A stretch of 64,000 nucleotides of DNA from Phoronis australis (taxonomy: Eukaryota; Animalia; Phoronida). The position numbers and the translations under genes are program-made. Numbering within the stretch: the first letter of the stretch is position 1; every line of letters starts with the position of its first letter. Below are positions 63,066 through 64,000 of the stretch, piece after piece. The stretch spans positions 406,441 to 470,440 of the forward strand of contig NMRA01000216.1 in NCBI GenBank assembly GCA_002633005.1, read 5' to 3'. The notes beneath the pieces are model-generated. The model was not told the DNA's origin. It saw nothing but the letters and a program-made list of their open reading frames with translations, and did not search any database.

Positions 63066-64000
63066 ACAAGAGCAAAGCAGAGCGTTGAAATGCGCCCACA
63101 ATTGCACCGTATACGGTATACTTCTAGGGTTGTTTATTGGTACCATAAAGTGGCCAGTAGAGGGCATATATGTAGTATGTTGTACTTTGCAAAATGGAAA
63201 GGCATGGTCAATGGCTCCTCAATAGGCTACGGGCAAAATGTGAGTGATCTTCATAATACAAGCACATCCTATACATCAGTTGCTTAAAGCACAACAAAAA
63301 CATAGAATTAAAAACAAATTTACCACCATAAATTTAGTAAAGATCCTGCAAACGGTTTGGGAGATACAGCCATGGGCAGAAAAAAAAACTGCCACTAGGA
63401 GGCGCCACAGTAATCAAAGTCATGGGAAATTCAGCGTCAACCGTCCTCTTCATAGTAAGAACATACATGCCCAATTTTCACAATCATACTTAGAGCAGTT
63501 TGGTTGATAGAGGGGTGGACGCAAAAAAACAGACTCAAAAACAGTAAAAATGGCTACTGCGTGTCGCAAACTAGGTCGAATCCATCCGAAAACGGGAGGA
63601 TAGCATCATCGCACTAATAGGTGCCTACATACCAAATTTCATGAAAATCCGTTAAGGACTTTTGAAGATACAAAGGTAAGCATAAAAATTAAATTGCCAC
63701 TAGGGGGCACACCGGTAGTCGGATCCGTCCAAAAGTCGTCATCTTCTGTTGTTAACATCATATAAATATACTTACACAATTTCGTAAAGATCCTGCGTAC
63801 GGTTTAGGAGATACAGCCATAGGCGCAAAAAAACAAAACTGCCACTAGGAGGCGCCACAGTCATCGAAATCGTCGGAAAATCATCGTCAACCATCCTCTA
63901 CATAGTTATCATATACATGCAAATTTTCACAATCATCCTTTGAGCGGTTTGGTTGATAGAGGGGTGGACGCACAAAAACAGACTCGAAAACACTAAAAAT
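63066..64000 (-). mobile_element. Second DINE-1/HINE-like element of the same family (runs off the right edge)
   Basis: acaagagcaaagcagagcgttgaaatgcgccca matches the 6962-6994 terminus. The same ~447-bp repeat starts at ~63320 (agatcctg at 63341 and 63788). Confidence 0.85.

Overview
AT-rich (roughly 35-37% GC by eye) animal genomic DNA, probably a marine invertebrate (inferred from the repeat content). It is not prokaryotic, and nearly all six-frame ORFs are chance. The window is mostly introns from the 5' half of a minus-strand Rap1 GTPase-activating protein (RAP1GAP-family) gene. I read the start of the conserved region at <1-179 (GPYPLVMQPKGGGYWIDG) and two separate phase-0 GoLoco/GPR exons (5259-5342 and 2481-2561). 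There is also a candidate shared exon (27004-27046), a 33-nt microexon (49745-49777) and up to four candidate alternative first coding exons (29092-29402, 43524-43639, 51676-51716, 60359-60423), all ending in phase 2 with AG. The introns hold two DINE-1/HINE-like (Helentron-associated) elements with ~448-bp higher-order repeats carrying a CTCF-like motif about every 150 bp. They also hold an internally deleted ISL2EU-like transposon (THAP plus YqaJ-ORF remnants), Penelope and hAT relics, two MITE families with 5-bp target duplications, TA-target MITEs, a SINE head, and tandem repeats. Exon models come from manual translation and splice signals only and need RNA-seq confirmation.
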